NCBI GenBank assembly: GCA_028534125.1
Contig: CM052816.1
Location: 87,670,001 to 87,734,000 of the forward strand
Direction: 5' to 3'
Length of the DNA: 64,000 nucleotides
From: Lama glama
Taxonomy: Eukaryota
This document shows, piece after piece, positions 50,061 to 64,000 of the stretch (positions within the stretch are counted from its first letter, which is position 1; each line of letters starts with the position of its first letter). The position numbers and the translations under genes are program-made. The notes below the pieces were generated by a model. That model was given only the letters and a program-made list of their open reading frames with translations. It made no database searches and was not told where the DNA came from.

Positions 50061-51527
50061 AAATCTTGTACCTGATGGTGAGAACATGCTACATATTTTG
50101 TGGCCACTAACTTGGTAGGTCTCTTGGCTTAGAAGAGATAACAAGTGATGCAGGGAATTTTGGGGAAGTTATTATTCATTGCTTTCAAAGAGCTTTGAAA
50201 GAGGTTATTACAATTTCCAAGAGATGTCACAGAAATGATCCTTGTGAAATATCTCCAACCACTTTCTGTAATTAAAGAGGAAGTTGCTAAGGATGTTTGG
50301 TTCCTTCTAATTTCAAGGAGTTAGCATTATAATTTTATTGTTTGGTTATCAGTGAGTTTTGTAGGCATTTAAAAGATAGGTACATGAAGTCACTGAAGTT
50401 AAAACAAGGAAGGACTATCAATAAAATAAAACTGCAACACTGTTCATATCAGTGAACATAAAGGAATATGTTAGGGTGGCAGTGTAGCATTAATTCCTCT
50501 CTGGTTGACTCTGCCAATATTTTTAATTTGCAGAAATAATTTATATTCCATATTGCCTATTGTTCATTAAAAGAAGTAGGTCCTTATAACTCATGTTAAA
50601 AAGTGCTCTTTCTGTTAAGCCATTCTAATATTTTCCTTCATTAATGAGAATGAAATAGTGTAAAGTGCAAAGTTAATTAGGATCGGTTTCAAAATTATCT
50701 CATTTGAATATGACAAATCACTTCATTTTCAAAGTTCATTTCTAATTATATTTCTTTTATTTCATTCAAAAGTAGGGTTGTTCAGACACACTGTAAGATT
50801 TTAAGAGTTTGTAGACACACATCGTTTTTGAAAGATACTTGTTAATCCAAGTGAAATTAATAGCCACTCCCACTCTTACAGTTCAGCACATCTGAAATAT
50901 TCAAAGAAAAGACTTTGAACTCTTCCAAGATCTGCAGCATCTTTTGTCAAGGGGGTTAATGGGGTGAGAAATGGAAGGGGAAATTTGTGATGTGCTTCCT
51001 ACAAAGAGGCATTCGCATTACAGGCAAAACGAGGAGTTTTGGATTTCCTTTATTTATATATGAAAGAGGTGCTTACTTCAGCTCAAGGGTTATTGAAAAC
51101 TGTTGTTTATTCTGTCAGCGTTATTTTTTTCTTGTTCGGCATTGTATTGGATTTTAGTATGAGACAGGCAGTGACAGTGGAATGTTCATCTCATGACAAC
51201 TGAACCAAAAATTAATAAACAGTGAGTTCAAAGCATTATATACATGATTAACTGGAAATCTTTGTTCTTTCTCTCTTTTTCTGTGCTTTTGAAATTTGCT
51301 TTTGTGTTGTGCTTTTTGTGAGTTTCTTGTTTTTGCTATATGAAGGCATTTGACATGAATATGAATTTTTGTGACCCTAACACAATTGTACTTAGTACTC
51401 AGTTGACACTTAATGAAAGAATTATCATCATAAGACATTTATATATACATCATTATTCCAGTTGCTACTGCCCAGTAGCAAAAGAGATATTATTGACATC
51501 AGAAGAAATATCTTGAAAAAAATGTAG

Positions 51528-51582
51528 TGTATGTATATATATATATGCATGTATATATATATGTATATATACACACACACAC
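51528..51582. repeat. (TA)/(CA) compound microsatellite
   Basis: TGTATGTATATATATATATGCATGTATATATAT...ACACACACAC. Confidence 0.9.
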
Positions 51583-53953
51583 TTTTATCTAAGATCAGCC
51601 TGTTTTCCTTTATCTTTATAAAAATATAAAAATATTAATTTTGAAAACCTTGTCCCATAGATGCTTTTATAATTTTAAGCTTAGTGATGCCTTAGTCTAC
51701 CATACCTGGAACCATAGAGTGATATAGAGATTTAAAGCTATTGTAATTATTCAGGGTTTTAGGCAAACAGATGACTAAAATCCCCTGGCTATTGCTCTGA
51801 ATTACTTAAATTTCTTGAGTATATCAACATAATTTACCAGATTATGGCATTTTGATCTGTGCCTATGCATAACTTCATGTCTGTCAAATGCCTTTTTAAG
51901 AAACTGAATCTTATTATGGTTATTTGATTTGGAATGTACCTATTTTATCTATTCATTTTGGGGGGAGATGGGGAAGGGATGAAGGAAATTAAACTCATAC
52001 ATTGACATAATTTTTATGTATTGAAGAATGTTTATATTTGAAATAATATTAATTTTTCTAATAATGTTATTATAGGACATTATTCTATAATGTAATAATA
52101 TAATATTAATATGTTAAGGAAACTCACAGGATAAATATAGTGATCAAATTCTTTATTTGTATTCAAATGTTTATTACTTATTCTTTTTATTTTATAATGT
52201 TTGTCCATATCTTTTAGTGTCATTATTTTAAATAAAGTAGCTTTATTTTAGATAAATTTAACCAGTGCTAAACTTGTTCCCCATGTATGTTGTTTTTGTT
52301 TTTGTTTGCTTTCTTTTATTGGTTTAGTTGTTTTCAAAAGTTGGGAAATATGAGGACAATTGAGAAACTGGCAAAAGTTTTCATTTGGTAGCCAATCATA
52401 AATAGTTATCTTGAATGACCTGAAACTCAATTGAAAAATAATTTAATAAAAGAACAATTGCATGTCTACAGCTGCTAACTCGTAAATTTAGAATTGGCCC
52501 ATACACATGTGGTTTCATCCAAGTATTTATTTTTAAGTACAGAAATAGTTTCTTTCCTGTGTCAATATCTCCACTAAATGAATATATCAGAGTTTTTTTA
52601 TATTAATCCAAAATTTGTAAATGACATGACACTAGCCATGCATGAGGCTTGTGAATATGTTCATCTGCAATTTAGTAAGCCTTGGTGTTACTGAATGAGT
52701 GAACAGGTTACTCTTCATGATTATTCTTTAGATTTTTCTGTCAATGTCTCTACTGACAAAAATAACCATTATGCTATAATGTACTGTAATAACTTGCCCA
52801 AAATAATTACAAAGAATTATGACAAGTATATTTGGGGCAAATTGAGTACAGAAGATTAGTCTATGGATAGAAAACAAATGCCAACACATAAGAAACTTAG
52901 GCTAACCTCTACAACCAGGATCCTTATACAAGAAGAATGTATCATTCTTTCTCACAGTTATGGTATATAGTAATATAAGGGAATAAGCTTTCCTCTACAT
53001 GCAAAACAGTACATGTTAGAAAGTATGTTTAGTATGCTAATACATAGAAGGCATCTTCTGTATATAAGTTTGTGATTAGTATCAGTAATAGAGAACACAC
53101 TTATCATTAGGGAGGACAGAATATCATCTCAGTGATAGCTGTAAGAAATAGATATTGGCTATTTCAATTCATTGATTATTTATATTTCAATCTGGGTAGT
53201 CCTAAAACGTTACATTATTAAATCCACATATTTCATGATTAAAAGTCAAAATAATTTTGGATTTTAAATATGCATGTATAATGAATGTATTGTAGATGGT
53301 CATGATTTGAGTACACAGTTTTGAAAACTATATGATTTGATAGAATATAACAATTCATTGAACATTTATGACTATATTCAGTAAACCTAAAAAAGTTTGC
53401 TTTTTGATGTGCTTACCTACATTCCATGTGTGATGTTTGATTCTTTCTAAGTTCTTTCTAGATTATACAATCTGATGTATCAGGGAAGAGTTTGAGCATG
53501 TCCATCTCTTTATTTTTCATTTGCTTGTGAACATTCCATCCAAGCTATATGCAAATAACCTAGTACACAGGAGTGGAACAAGTGTTAAAGTGGAGACTTT
53601 GCAGTCCCATCTTTGGTTAAAGATAATGTGATCCAAATCTCTCCATATTCTTAAATAGGACCACCCAGACGGTGCTAGCAAATGTGTTGGTAAGAGACTA
53701 GTTTTGAAACTTGGTACCTTCTTCACAGGAAGTTATAAATATCTCAGAGTTGAAGTAGTCAGACAGTTGGAGATTCAGAAAGAAAATTTTATAAGTGCTT
53801 CAGTTTACTGTGGGTCCACAAATCTAGGAAGAGCAGCTTTCATGCTTTGAGAACCGGCATGTGTCTCCCAGGCTTCAAGGACACAATAGATGTGTTGGAC
53901 TCAAATGTAAGTCATTCAGAGGCTGAGAGTTCAGGGCTGGTACTTGTTCCACG

Positions 53954-54447
53954 TGTCAACTGAAATAAATGCACAGCCTAAAAGTTGAGAATTGTTTTAT
54001 GTGGAGGACATTTCTGAGGACTCGAACCCCTTAGAGCCCGGGTGACAGCCTCTCAGATCGCTCTGAGGGACCGCTCTGAAGAGGTAGGGGAGGAGCTAGG
54101 ATATATAGGAGCTTTACAACAAAGACCAGGTAGTGGGAACAATAAAAGATTGCTTGTTATCTAAAGAAAACCAGGCATCTTAAGTTAAAGAATTTAGTGC
54201 TTTTCTATGTATAGGAGGAAGCAAACATTTGGGCTCATTGAATTCATTCCTTTGACAAGCACCTAGCTATCTAGGGCCAGTGTCCTGTCTTTTCTTATTC
54301 TGAGTCCCCGCAGGGTGCACCATTGTGAGTGGCTGCAGAGGCCGGGCTGCAGGCTTCTTTAATGGGGGGAGGCAGCAGCCGCTGATGACTTAATGGCGTC
54401 AGCATTTTTTGTTTACTGATATGGTTTGCCGTATTTTTCTGTTCACA
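53954..54447 (-). mobile_element. ERV1 solo LTR, MER41-like (cetartiodactyl type)
   Basis: TG...CA termini, plus TGTCAACTGAAATAAATGCACAGCCTAAAAGTTGAG, GACAGCCTCTCAGATCGCTCTGAGGGAC and GGATATATAGGAG (TATA on minus). It retains CpGs, but no clean TSD is visible. Confidence 0.82.
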
Positions 54448-56468
54448 TTCATACAGAGTACGTAGAGGTTGCTTGAGTGGGGATTGCCTGCTTGTCCAAC
54501 ATCTCTCAGAACAAAGACTGAGTGAATGTTTTACAAGGAACCTTGAGAAAGAGACACCATAGATTCTTTGAGGAAGGCTAGGAGAAGTCAGTAGAAAGAA
54601 GCTAGAAGTGTACCCTGAGATGCTAAGAGGCTTAAAAATGATTTATAGATCGGTCTATGGAAAGACATGTGTGTCTATGTTGAGGAATCTGCAGGTAAGA
54701 TATGCAGGTGATTTTAGAGTGGAGGAAGACACTGAAGAATCGACACAGTGCCAGCTGAGAAAAAAAGCAAGTTTCAAAGAGCAATCATGCCCACAGGGTA
54801 CCAGTTCTGAACCACAGGGACAGGGCCAAAGTAGAGTTTCCACCCTTCACCTATTGTCTCCTTTCCAACTTTCAGCCTTTTTCCATCTTTGGAGGTGGTT
54901 AGGGAATTTGGATGAAGAAAGGAAGAAGTTTAAGTTAAAATTGTTTTTATGATTTTCATTTTGTTTTACACAGGACTAGGTATATTAATTACAAAAATAG
55001 ACAGAACTAAACAAATTTCTCTCGACTAAAGTAAGCAGGAAATTTCATTATCTAACAGTGACCAATAATCCTTGGACCCACCTTAGATTTCATCCAAGGG
55101 GAAGGAGGAAGTGAACTTACAGTAGAGGCTTACTTGGACAATGTGCGGGGAGGGGTCGGGGAGAAGAAAGCTGGATTCTGATTGTATTCTTTCTGTTTAC
55201 CTTGTTCATCCCATTTATTAAGCCCAGATTCAGTCTCACTTTTAGCCCTTATTCATTCATTTGGGAATGTTATGTTTCATAGGGCTCATATCTACTCATT
55301 TACTGAACATTCTCAAGAGAATTCTCAGACAGTTTTTGAGTTTGCCATCAGTGGTTGCATTTTATACTATATCTAAAGAAATTTCACAGAATATTTGCAG
55401 CATGTATATGAAATTCTTTCCTTGTTTCTAAAACGATTTTACTTTTTTTTAAACCTAGAAAAAAATCTTTATTAATCCAGTTGTCTTCTTAGAGACAGAA
55501 GCATCTCTGACTTACACATTTTTATTTCATTGTTTTAGATAATATAACTTCTAAATATTAATTTTGAAGAAACCATAGTCAAAGCTTCTTGAGACTACAG
55601 TCTACATATTATAATAATTAGTAAAATATTTAAAATGCAACTTTTTTCTTTTAAAAATAATTTGTATTTATTATTTTATAAAAAAAAAATTTGTGATGTA
55701 TTGAGAACCAGGAAAACATCAGCAACATGAGTTACTTTTAAAAATAGAAGGAAATAAGACTTTCATTTTTTGCATTCTTACAGAAATGTTATTGCAGTAT
55801 CTACTCTTCAGATAATATATTTTATTTCTTCTTATAACAGATGATGCCCAAATAGTACAGGGCACATGTCTAAGTTGTCTTTTTCTTCCCTTAAAATTCC
55901 TTTCACATGGAAGAAAATAGTTGATAATATTAAGAATAGTTTATTTAATTTATAGTTACTTAAATCATTACCTGAAACACTCCTCAAATGGAATTAGTTT
56001 TCAGTAATGTATTTCTGTTTGAAAATCTTGAAATAAACTGCTGAGTTGAGCAACTAAAGTAAATGGGTCTTTGGAGAATTAGAGTTTATTCCCATTTTAC
56101 CCAAATTGGTTTCTCGACTTGAAGATTAAAAGCTGTTCTCAAACCAGGTAAACATATTTTCTAAAATCTTACTGGAAAAAATTTGTTAAAAACTGTATGA
56201 CAGCATCAGCAATTTTGATAGATCTTTGCATCTTTTGGAGCAAAGCAAAATGACATGTTGCCTTATTTTATACCATTTAGTCCCTTTGAGGAGAATATAG
56301 TTTCAATGGCAAAAATACATATTTAGCATGAGTAATATAAACTTAATTATACAACTACAAACCAGAGCAAAACATGTCCTGGAAATATTTTTTCCTATGA
56401 AAATTAATGTTCTCATACATGGAGACAGCAAAGGAGATATAAAGTATACGGCAATGATGTTCTAAAGA

Positions 56469-56494
56469 GTGTGTGTGTGTGTGTGTGTGTGTGT
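56469..56494. repeat. (GT)13 microsatellite
   Basis: Perfect GT run. Confidence 0.97.
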
Positions 56495-56794
56495 ATTCAC
56501 AGCAAATAACTACCCGGAAATCATATTTGTGTATCAGTGACATTCAAAAATGTACTAAATTTAAGATAAAGTAACTAATTCATGTTATTTTTCATTTTAG
56601 GAGTTGTATGATTTTAAATGGTTATTTTAATGAAAAAATCCCCATTGTCAATCACCAGTTTAGTCTTATAGATCCTAATTTGCTTTGAAAGTGATAACAA
56701 TTCAATTCCATCATTGTTCTTCTAAATTTTCTTGATATTATTGAGACCTTACATCCTCTTTTTATGTGTCAGAATCCTGGTTTGCATTTAAAAC

Positions 56795-56906
56795 ACAAAC
56801 ATATACAAACATACATATATACATGTGTATGAATAAGCATATGTGTATACATGTCTATATATACACACATCTGTGTGTGTATGTGTGTGTGTGTGTGTGT
56901 GTGTGT
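56795..56906. repeat. Degenerate (TA/CA) plus (TG)n microsatellite
   Basis: ACATATACAAACATACATATAT...TGTGTGTGTGTGTG. Confidence 0.9.
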
Positions 56907-59900
56907 ACTGTAAGAAAAAGATTGTTATTTCAGAAAGCTTAAAGCCTTTAGGACCAAAAACAGACTTGGAATATAATCATTTTAAACCCCTCAGTTTATA
57001 GTTAGTATCAACTTAATTTGTGTTTGTGGGTCAAGGTCACATTTTTTTTTTTTTGGAAACATTGATTGATGTATACAACCTAAGAGGGAGGAATACAATT
57101 TTGCTTTACTCCAATGTATTCATATCATCGATTGTGACAACTGGAGAATACATTTTAAATCAAATGCATGCATGAAATCAAAATCACTTTATATTTTCTG
57201 GTCTGTGTTATGGCAATTGAATGAATTAATAAAACCCCCAAGGCTACTTTAAAAGCTTACATTCAGAATATGCCATTTATTTGACAGTTGTCATCTGAGA
57301 CTTCTTAAGCATCAACTCTCACTCAAGATTGGTATGCTACTTTTTGTTTGCGTGATGGTTTTAGAATTTAACAAGTCATTCTGCTCATTTTGCATATGAC
57401 ATCCTAGTACTTAGACTTCAACAATTAGTTATAAACTGCCGAAGTTGCTTTCAAGTTCTCTGCAAGGTGATTCATAAATGTATGGCCGAGAGAAATTTTT
57501 GTGTTGGAATAGAAGGTCAATGAGTAGGAAACAAATCAGAAGAAAATCATTTGAAATTGAAAGATCATTCTTAGTTAGACTTCTGTTTCAAATTAGAAGA
57601 TTGATCCTGTAGGTACACGTAGATGTTATCTGTCATTGAACTTTTCTACTAAGTGATTAGATTTGTTTTGGTTATGTCATAAATACCCAAGTTTGGAACC
57701 AGGAGGACTCCTTGAACTTTGTGTGGAATGCTCTTTCTCTTCAGTTCCCCTCACCCAATTCCAGTCAGTCAAGGATAATCTCTGATAAATCCTTGGGGGC
57801 TCCACATCCATTGTCAAGATTCCTGATGTACTGGTTTACTGTGCATTACCCTCACAACCTGCCCACCCAGCGCACAGCCACATATGGAGTCTTATACTGA
57901 GTCACCTCCGCGTTAGCACAGCAGTATTAACAAAGCAAAAAGAAGGGAGATTCCACAAAGTATCCAGGGTCATATTAACACATAAATACAGGACACTCAG
58001 ACTCAGATCGGTGCCTCGTGGTATTAATAGCGCCTATTAATATGCAAAAACATAAAAGGAAAAGACAGCAAAAAGTGAAGAGGGTCAGAGTGGAAATGCG
58101 TGAGAAGAAGGAAAAGTCAGCAAAACCAGTGCTAAAAAGTAGTAACGTTATAGATTATTGTTGTCCCTTTCTGTCATATACCCGAGCTATTTTCTCTACT
58201 CGGTCTTATATAATTTAATGAATGAAGATAATATAATCATGAATAGCACACTATGAGAGGAACCAAGTGGCATTTTAAATACAGCCATTTAGTCCGTCAC
58301 TAAGTATCACTGAACAACTACTGTTATTTTTGGACCTCGTGAGAGAGAAGAGCTCCTACATTTCCTTCTTCTGCAGTCATAAACTAAGCATTTAAACTTT
58401 TATCACCAACTGACAACTGTACATAAAAATATTTCTGTGTTCAATATCAGAGTCATTCTCAAACTCATGCTGACTAAAACTTCAGACCCTACTTTTTATA
58501 GCACTTCCATTCTTAAAAAAATGTGCACAGTGAAATGCTGGTAGTACAAAATTGCTGAAAGCAATAATTCATCATTTCTTTTTTTTTTTTTTGGTGTTTG
58601 AATTGCTTTTTTTTCTTTTTTACTTTATAATCATTTTGCTATAAAATATTTAGTAAGGAGCTATTTTAAAACCAAAATTATACTTGAAATCATGGAAAGC
58701 ACAACATAATTACTTGAGTTTGAAATCATAGTTAGAAAACCAGAAGAAAATTGTCCTGGTCCTCTCTGGAAAGACGTTCACAGGAAAAATGAAAAGATGA
58801 CAGTTACGTTACTGATTTTTGAAGGACTGTAATTTTTTTTTCAACAAGCCTGGATTTGCTGACTATAATTAATAGTGTTAACTTTGAGCAAATTACTCAA
58901 AATGAAAAAGATCAATTTTCACAATGGTAATTATTATAGGAAGTGTTTTTTCACAATTAATTTTCACAAGAATATAAAATGGCTAAGTTTTTTTGTGAGT
59001 GTGGTTTTGATTATGGGTTCATGAGTGAAAACACAGCTATAGTGAATCATCCTTTATCATAGCAGCTGTGATTTCATTCACTATGGGAGACAAATTGATT
59101 TTCTTAGAATGTTAAATTAGGTGGTAGGCATCATCACTCGAACTAATCTGCTGATAGTATTCTGAGGTATCAAATAGTGAATTGAAATATTTAAAAAAAA
59201 CACAAGTATTTGAAACAATTGCTTTTTATTAAAGCAGTGGTAGACATCAATGTTTTCATATTGACATCTGGATATGATATTGTTTATATGCCTCTGAATT
59301 CTTCTTTCTTTCTCATTATGGGTTATATTAGTATAAAAATAATGAAACATAAATAATATACCTATATTTATGATTTTACTAACAATTTTGTATGTGCTTA
59401 TAATAAATGGAGGAAAGTAAAAAATGTGTTAATCCAATGACTGTTCAGTTGGAATGATTAAAAAAGGGGAATATATCACAAATTAAAGTAGTTGAACAAT
59501 TTTAGGTTAATGCAACCAAAATTAAGCATTAAATTATTAGAATAATGTAAAAATATTTTTAAGTAACTTTATCGATTTTCAAGCACCTGACATCCCATGT
59601 ATCAGCACACACCTCTCATTCTACCACTTGCATATCTGGTGTACATAAAATGCTATCAATATACAAGTTAATTTCTCGAACTTACGTATAAATATATCAG
59701 CCTACTAGCTTTAAAATCAGCTTTCCAGCAAGGGAGTTGCTATCAGTTACCTTTCAACAGAGCATGAAAAAGCAAAAGCAGAATAAGTAAATATACATGA
59801 ACATATTCACAAGTATTTACAGGTATGTTTTGGAGCAGTTAACAGATATTATCAAATCATGTATGGTGAATAGTAGACCCACCATACGTGGTTGTGATCT

Positions 59901-60033
59901 TTCTGTCCTGCAAAAAGGCATGCAACCAAGGGAGTGAATTATCAGCTGAAATCCAACCTGTGCTCTGCTTATCAGGGCTTGCATACTAGTAGTTGTACCC
60001 ATCAAAATTAAAACTATTTTTCTAAGGTACCTT

Positions 60034-60511
60034 TTTAAGTAGGCTTAATAGTGCTCTCCTCCAAATGTCCATGTCCTAATTCCCATAACCTGTGAATATT
60101 CTACCTTCCATGGCAAAAGGGACTTTGCAGATGTGATTAATTTAAGGACCTTGAATTGGGGAGATTATCCTGAAGTGTCTGAGTTGACCCAGCATAATCA
60201 GAAATGTCCTAATAAGAGGGAGGTACATGGTTAAAGTCAGAGAAGGTTATGTGAAGATAGAAACAAAAGTTAGAGTGAAGCAGGGACACAAATCAAGGAA
60301 TGGGGGCAGTCTTTGTAGAAATTGGAAAAAATCAAGCAACAGAATTTACTCCTAGAGCCTCAGAAGAAACACAGTTCTGCTGACACATTGATTGTCATCA
60401 GTGAAACTAATTTTGAAATTCTGACATCCAGAACTGTAAGATAAAAAGTTTGTGTTGTTTGGAAACACTGTTGGTAGTAATTTGTTACAGCAGCAATGGA
60501 AAGCTAATACA
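60034..60511 (+). mobile_element. MaLR solo LTR MLT1D
   Basis: ATGTCCATGTCCTAATTCCCATAACCTGTGAATAT, GGCAAAAGGGACTTTGCAGATGTGATTAA and GGGGAGATTATCCTG. 5-bp TSD ACCTT at 60029-60033 and 60512-60516. Confidence 0.93.
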
Positions 60512-62512
60512 ACCTTATAGACTAGAGTTGACTGGAGTGATGGAAGAGGTTCAAAAGAATAACAATGCCTAATTTTAAAGAAACTGTGGCTTTCATAATT
60601 AATATTGAACAATATCTATTCAAGAATCTTGCATTAACAGCCAGTAAATCTGTATCAAACAAGCACCATCTTGCACATTAATTCATACTTTGAGTTCTCA
60701 TTTATTATAGTTCAAGGAACAATTTAGTTCCTACCTCTACTACCTCTACGTGAAGCTTTTTTTTTTATCAAACTGAACAATCAGAAAAAATCCACATGAA
60801 CAAACTTTTAAACTTTCTTTCTGTGCCATGCCACACATACTTTGATGGCACACCATTCTATATATCCTCTACCACTTTCCTATATACTAATGTATTTTTA
60901 AGAGCCCACTTTTATGTTCATAAAGGTGAATATCAGATTAAAATTCCTCTTCTATCTGATACAGGTTTTACTTCTGAGCAGAGTTGGTGCTCACTGATAC
61001 TATAATGGTGACGACAGTATTAATAATTATTATTTTACTGATGTCTCAATGGTGACAGTCGTAAGTATAAATGTATATAAGATAAGAATGCAAGAAATTA
61101 ATTGTCTTCAGAGAGCTCCCTATCACATCCGCACATGTTCATTAATAAACAGAATTCAGAATTTTCAAACTCCCTAAACACCCAAGATTATACTCCCTAA
61201 TTCAGATTACATTTAGGAACTAACAAATTCTCTTGAAAACCTAACTTTTTACTTTTTCATTTGGGATTTTAGTATCCTGCTCACCACCTCTAATACTTTT
61301 GGAGAATACCTGTCTTTCTGCATGCTTATTTGATGTGTGCAAATGGTAATCACCCAAGATTTTCCGAGTGTTTATGTTCTGAGCAGGAGATTCCAAGGCC
61401 AATTTCCAAGTACAGCACACTCTAAACAGGATCAGGATTTAGGTGTCCCTGAGATATATTTTTGTAAGGATGCCCTAGTATTTAGAAAGATAAAATGTCT
61501 ATATTGCATCCATTGAGCTCAGCAGTTTTCAGTTTTGAAATGTTAAAAAATATTCTTAATTTGGTAACGTAGAAATTGGTGCAATTGATCATTGTTTTTT
61601 TACCCTGAATTAATTCCTAAATAAAATTAACCCATTTCTACCCATTAAATCATTTTATATTAATTATTTTAAAATGTTATGTAATGATTTAGAATTTCAT
61701 AAACATTTTCTTAAAGCAGAATAAGTATATTTTCTTAAAATGTAGAAGGTAACATTTTCCTGTTATTTATGTGTTTTGGGTTTTTTTTTTTTTTGCCAAA
61801 GTAATGGGTCAGTTTTTATTTCTGTATAATATACCTTGTCACTTATTTTGTATATACAAAAAGTATGTGTTACCAACAATGCAGGTGACGGAAATGTTAT
61901 GCACACATTTCTTTCAGAGAAGGTAACATGTTTTTAAGACTTGATGAGCTAGTCAAATGTTGAAGAGACTTACAATCAACATTTTTTAACATTTGTCCTA
62001 ACATCTTTGGCTTTAACTCTACCAATTTTAATAATTGCTTGTATTAACCAGATAGTGGAGTTAATTTATGTATCCCAGATTAATATTAAGATCATAATGC
62101 ATTTTTTTATCCTTTCTCTTTATTTGGTTTATCCAGGATGATCAAATTAACCTGATCCTCAATTTATACTGTGCTTTGTAGACATAAGCAATGTCAAATT
62201 ATATGTCTTAATTAAACTTCTCCTATTAAAATGAACCTAATTTCTTACTCTCTGTCATCAGCATAGATAAGTCAGAGGCTCATTGGTTATTTTTGCATTG
62301 CTATGTTTCTATTATTTTAAGCTGCATACTAGTACTATTAAATTTAATTTACTTCTCAAGTTGAATTTTGGATTTTTTTTGTGGATTTAAAAAAATAATA
62401 ACTCTTTAAGAATAAGGAATTCCAAGCTAGGTATAGTATTGCAGTAGATATAATTAGTATTTAAGTTTTCTCAGAGAACTAATCACACTTTTTTGATAGG
62501 GTCACATAAGAG

Positions 62513-62712
62513 CAATGCTGTCCATCAGAACTTTCTGCAAAGATGGAAAATTCTTCTGCACTCTCCAGTATGTTATCCATTGGTCACTTAAGACATTGAG
62601 TATTCAAAATGTGTCAAGTTTAAGTCCCTAGATTTTTAATTATATTTAATTTGCTTTAAATTCAAATTCAAATAGGCAAAAGTACTTGTGGCCACCATAT
62701 TGAAAAATGTTA
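62513..62712 (+). mobile_element. hAT-Charlie MITE MER3
   Basis: GCTGTCCATCAGAACTTTCTGCAAAGATGGAAA...ATTGAGTATTCAAAATGTG...GTGGCCACCATATTG. Confidence 0.8.
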
Positions 62713-62829
62713 AGTCCAGAAGAAAGCATTGTGTGCTGTGTTTTAGATCTGGGCTCTTGCTTAAACTTGTCCCTCTTTAACTCTTTCTTTTGGAGATAGT
62801 CGCATCACTTCTCCAGGCATCAGTGTCTT

Positions 62830-63145
62830 CTTTCAATCAGTAACAGTTTCTTATTAAGCATCTGTCAAACCCTGTGGACTGTACTAGGTTCTATGGATAC
62901 AGTGATATTAAGCCAGAATTGGTACCTCTTCTCATTCTGCAGGGAAAGATGATGCTAATGATACCATAATTAATTGTCTAGTTAAAATTGTGAGAGGGGC
63001 TTTAGAAATAAAGTAAAAAGTTTAGTGAAAGCATGTGAGACAGGAAACTTGACCAGATCTGATGGTCTTGAAGATTTCCTTGGAGGAAGTGATCTGTGAA
63101 TTTAGCTTAAAATAAATGTTAAGAGATTTCTAGGTGAAGAAAAGT
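62830..63145 (-). mobile_element. L2 3' portion
   Basis: TTATTAAGCATCTG...CTGTACTAGGTTCTATGGATACAGTGA...GATTTCCTTGGAGGAAGTGAT. Confidence 0.7.
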
Positions 63146-63499
63146 ACAGCTAATTTGCCATGCATTCTGCTAGTTACTAAAGATTCAAAGAGATTTTACT
63201 ACTCTTAAAAAATTTATGGGATAACAAACAAATGATCTAGGGATTAAGCTATAATCAGTCCCAAACAAGTGGTCCATTGAATAATCTTTATGACAAAAAA
63301 TATGATTTTTATGTTCCAACATGTTTGGAAAAGATAGATTTGACAAAGATAAATTCCTGTGTGCTAAAACTAATTGGAACCTTGGGTATATTTAAGGTAA
63401 AACATATTGGCACCTTGGTTATATTGAACTTTGGGGTATTACAAATCTTGGAAAACATCTTAACTAAAAATTCTTCTCCTAAACTTTGTAACCATAGAA

Positions 63500-63600
63500 G
63501 ATTTATTCTTTTTCTTTCCTTCTTTCTTCTTTTGCCTTTTCGTTCTTCTTCCTACCCTTCCACCCCCATCCCTTTCTCCTTCTCCTTCTTTTTCTTCTGT
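63500..63600. repeat. CT-rich low-complexity tract
   Basis: Polypyrimidine stretch TTCTTTCCTTCTTTCTTC... Confidence 0.8.
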
Positions 63601-64000
63601 GGGGGTTCTTAGCAACATGACTTCTATCATAGAATTCTCCAAATTTAGAAACTTCAATTATATTTATATTTAAGGCCCCTCCATTATAAAATTCTATAAG
63701 ACCATGCTTTTAATTTAGTGTGATATTTTTATTTGATTTCCTGTTTTTAAATTAATGACTGAGCTATAGTCTACTTTGAATCTTTCTGTTATTATATTAT
63801 TTTTATTATATTTTATATAATCATTTCTCCAATAAATAACCTTAGTGGATATCCAGTCAAGTAAATGGCAGGGGGCATCCCGTCAGACAGTGCTCCTGTT
63901 AAATTTGCCGAAAGTTTTTGATTCCTAACAGTTTGCTCTTCTTCTGTAATATTTTCAACATTTTGCCAAAGCCAGATTTTCCAATCTACCGTTGGTCATT

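Noticed and set aside
58022..58042. Hairpin TATTAATAG-CGC-CTATTAATA
   Set aside because: 9-bp AT-rich arms are plausible by chance in a window of this size and composition.
1..64000. TE strand bias as evidence for a host gene
   Set aside because: MLT1 LTRs are mostly on the plus strand while young L1s and ERV LTRs are mostly minus. The signals conflict and counts are small.
1..64000. Prokaryote-type systems (CRISPR, operons), tRNA/rRNA, NUMT or viral coding inserts
   Set aside because: No regularly spaced repeats, gene-dense regions or recognisable structural-RNA, mitochondrial or gag/pol/env sequence were seen by eye. cmscan and tBLASTn would be needed to exclude weak hits.

Overview
This is AT-rich, CpG-poor mammalian (eutherian) non-coding DNA, either intergenic or deep intronic. 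I find no supportable protein-coding gene, tRNA, rRNA or CRISPR array. The supplied ORFs are chance ORFs, microsatellite or N-gap artefacts, or translations of LINE-1 ORF2 C-terminal fragments. Most recognisable sequence is fossil transposable elements: L2, MIR, old and young L1, MaLR MLT1 LTRs, ERV1/ERVL solo LTRs and MER3/MER5/MER8/MER63 DNA-transposon relics. Family names come from my recollection of consensus sequences, not a search, and boundaries without a target-site duplication (TSD) are approximate. The young L1 3' ends, a MER41-like LTR and the absence of Alu, B1/B2, Bov-tA/A2, PRE-1 or Can-SINE suggest a camelid-like cetartiodactyl (inference). There is a 500-N assembly gap. I see no evidence of a new biological system. 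The best second-look items are structural: a perfect 44-bp inverted duplication (5746-5913), a twin-primed L1 with TSD (13278-14077), a poly(A)-less L1 ORF2 fragment with a short direct repeat (26353-26845), an 80-bp orphan retroposed insert with a 14-bp TSD (35074-35181), an L1 3' transduction (35338-35804), and a ~1-kb GC/CpG-rich segment splitting an L2 (40397-41424).
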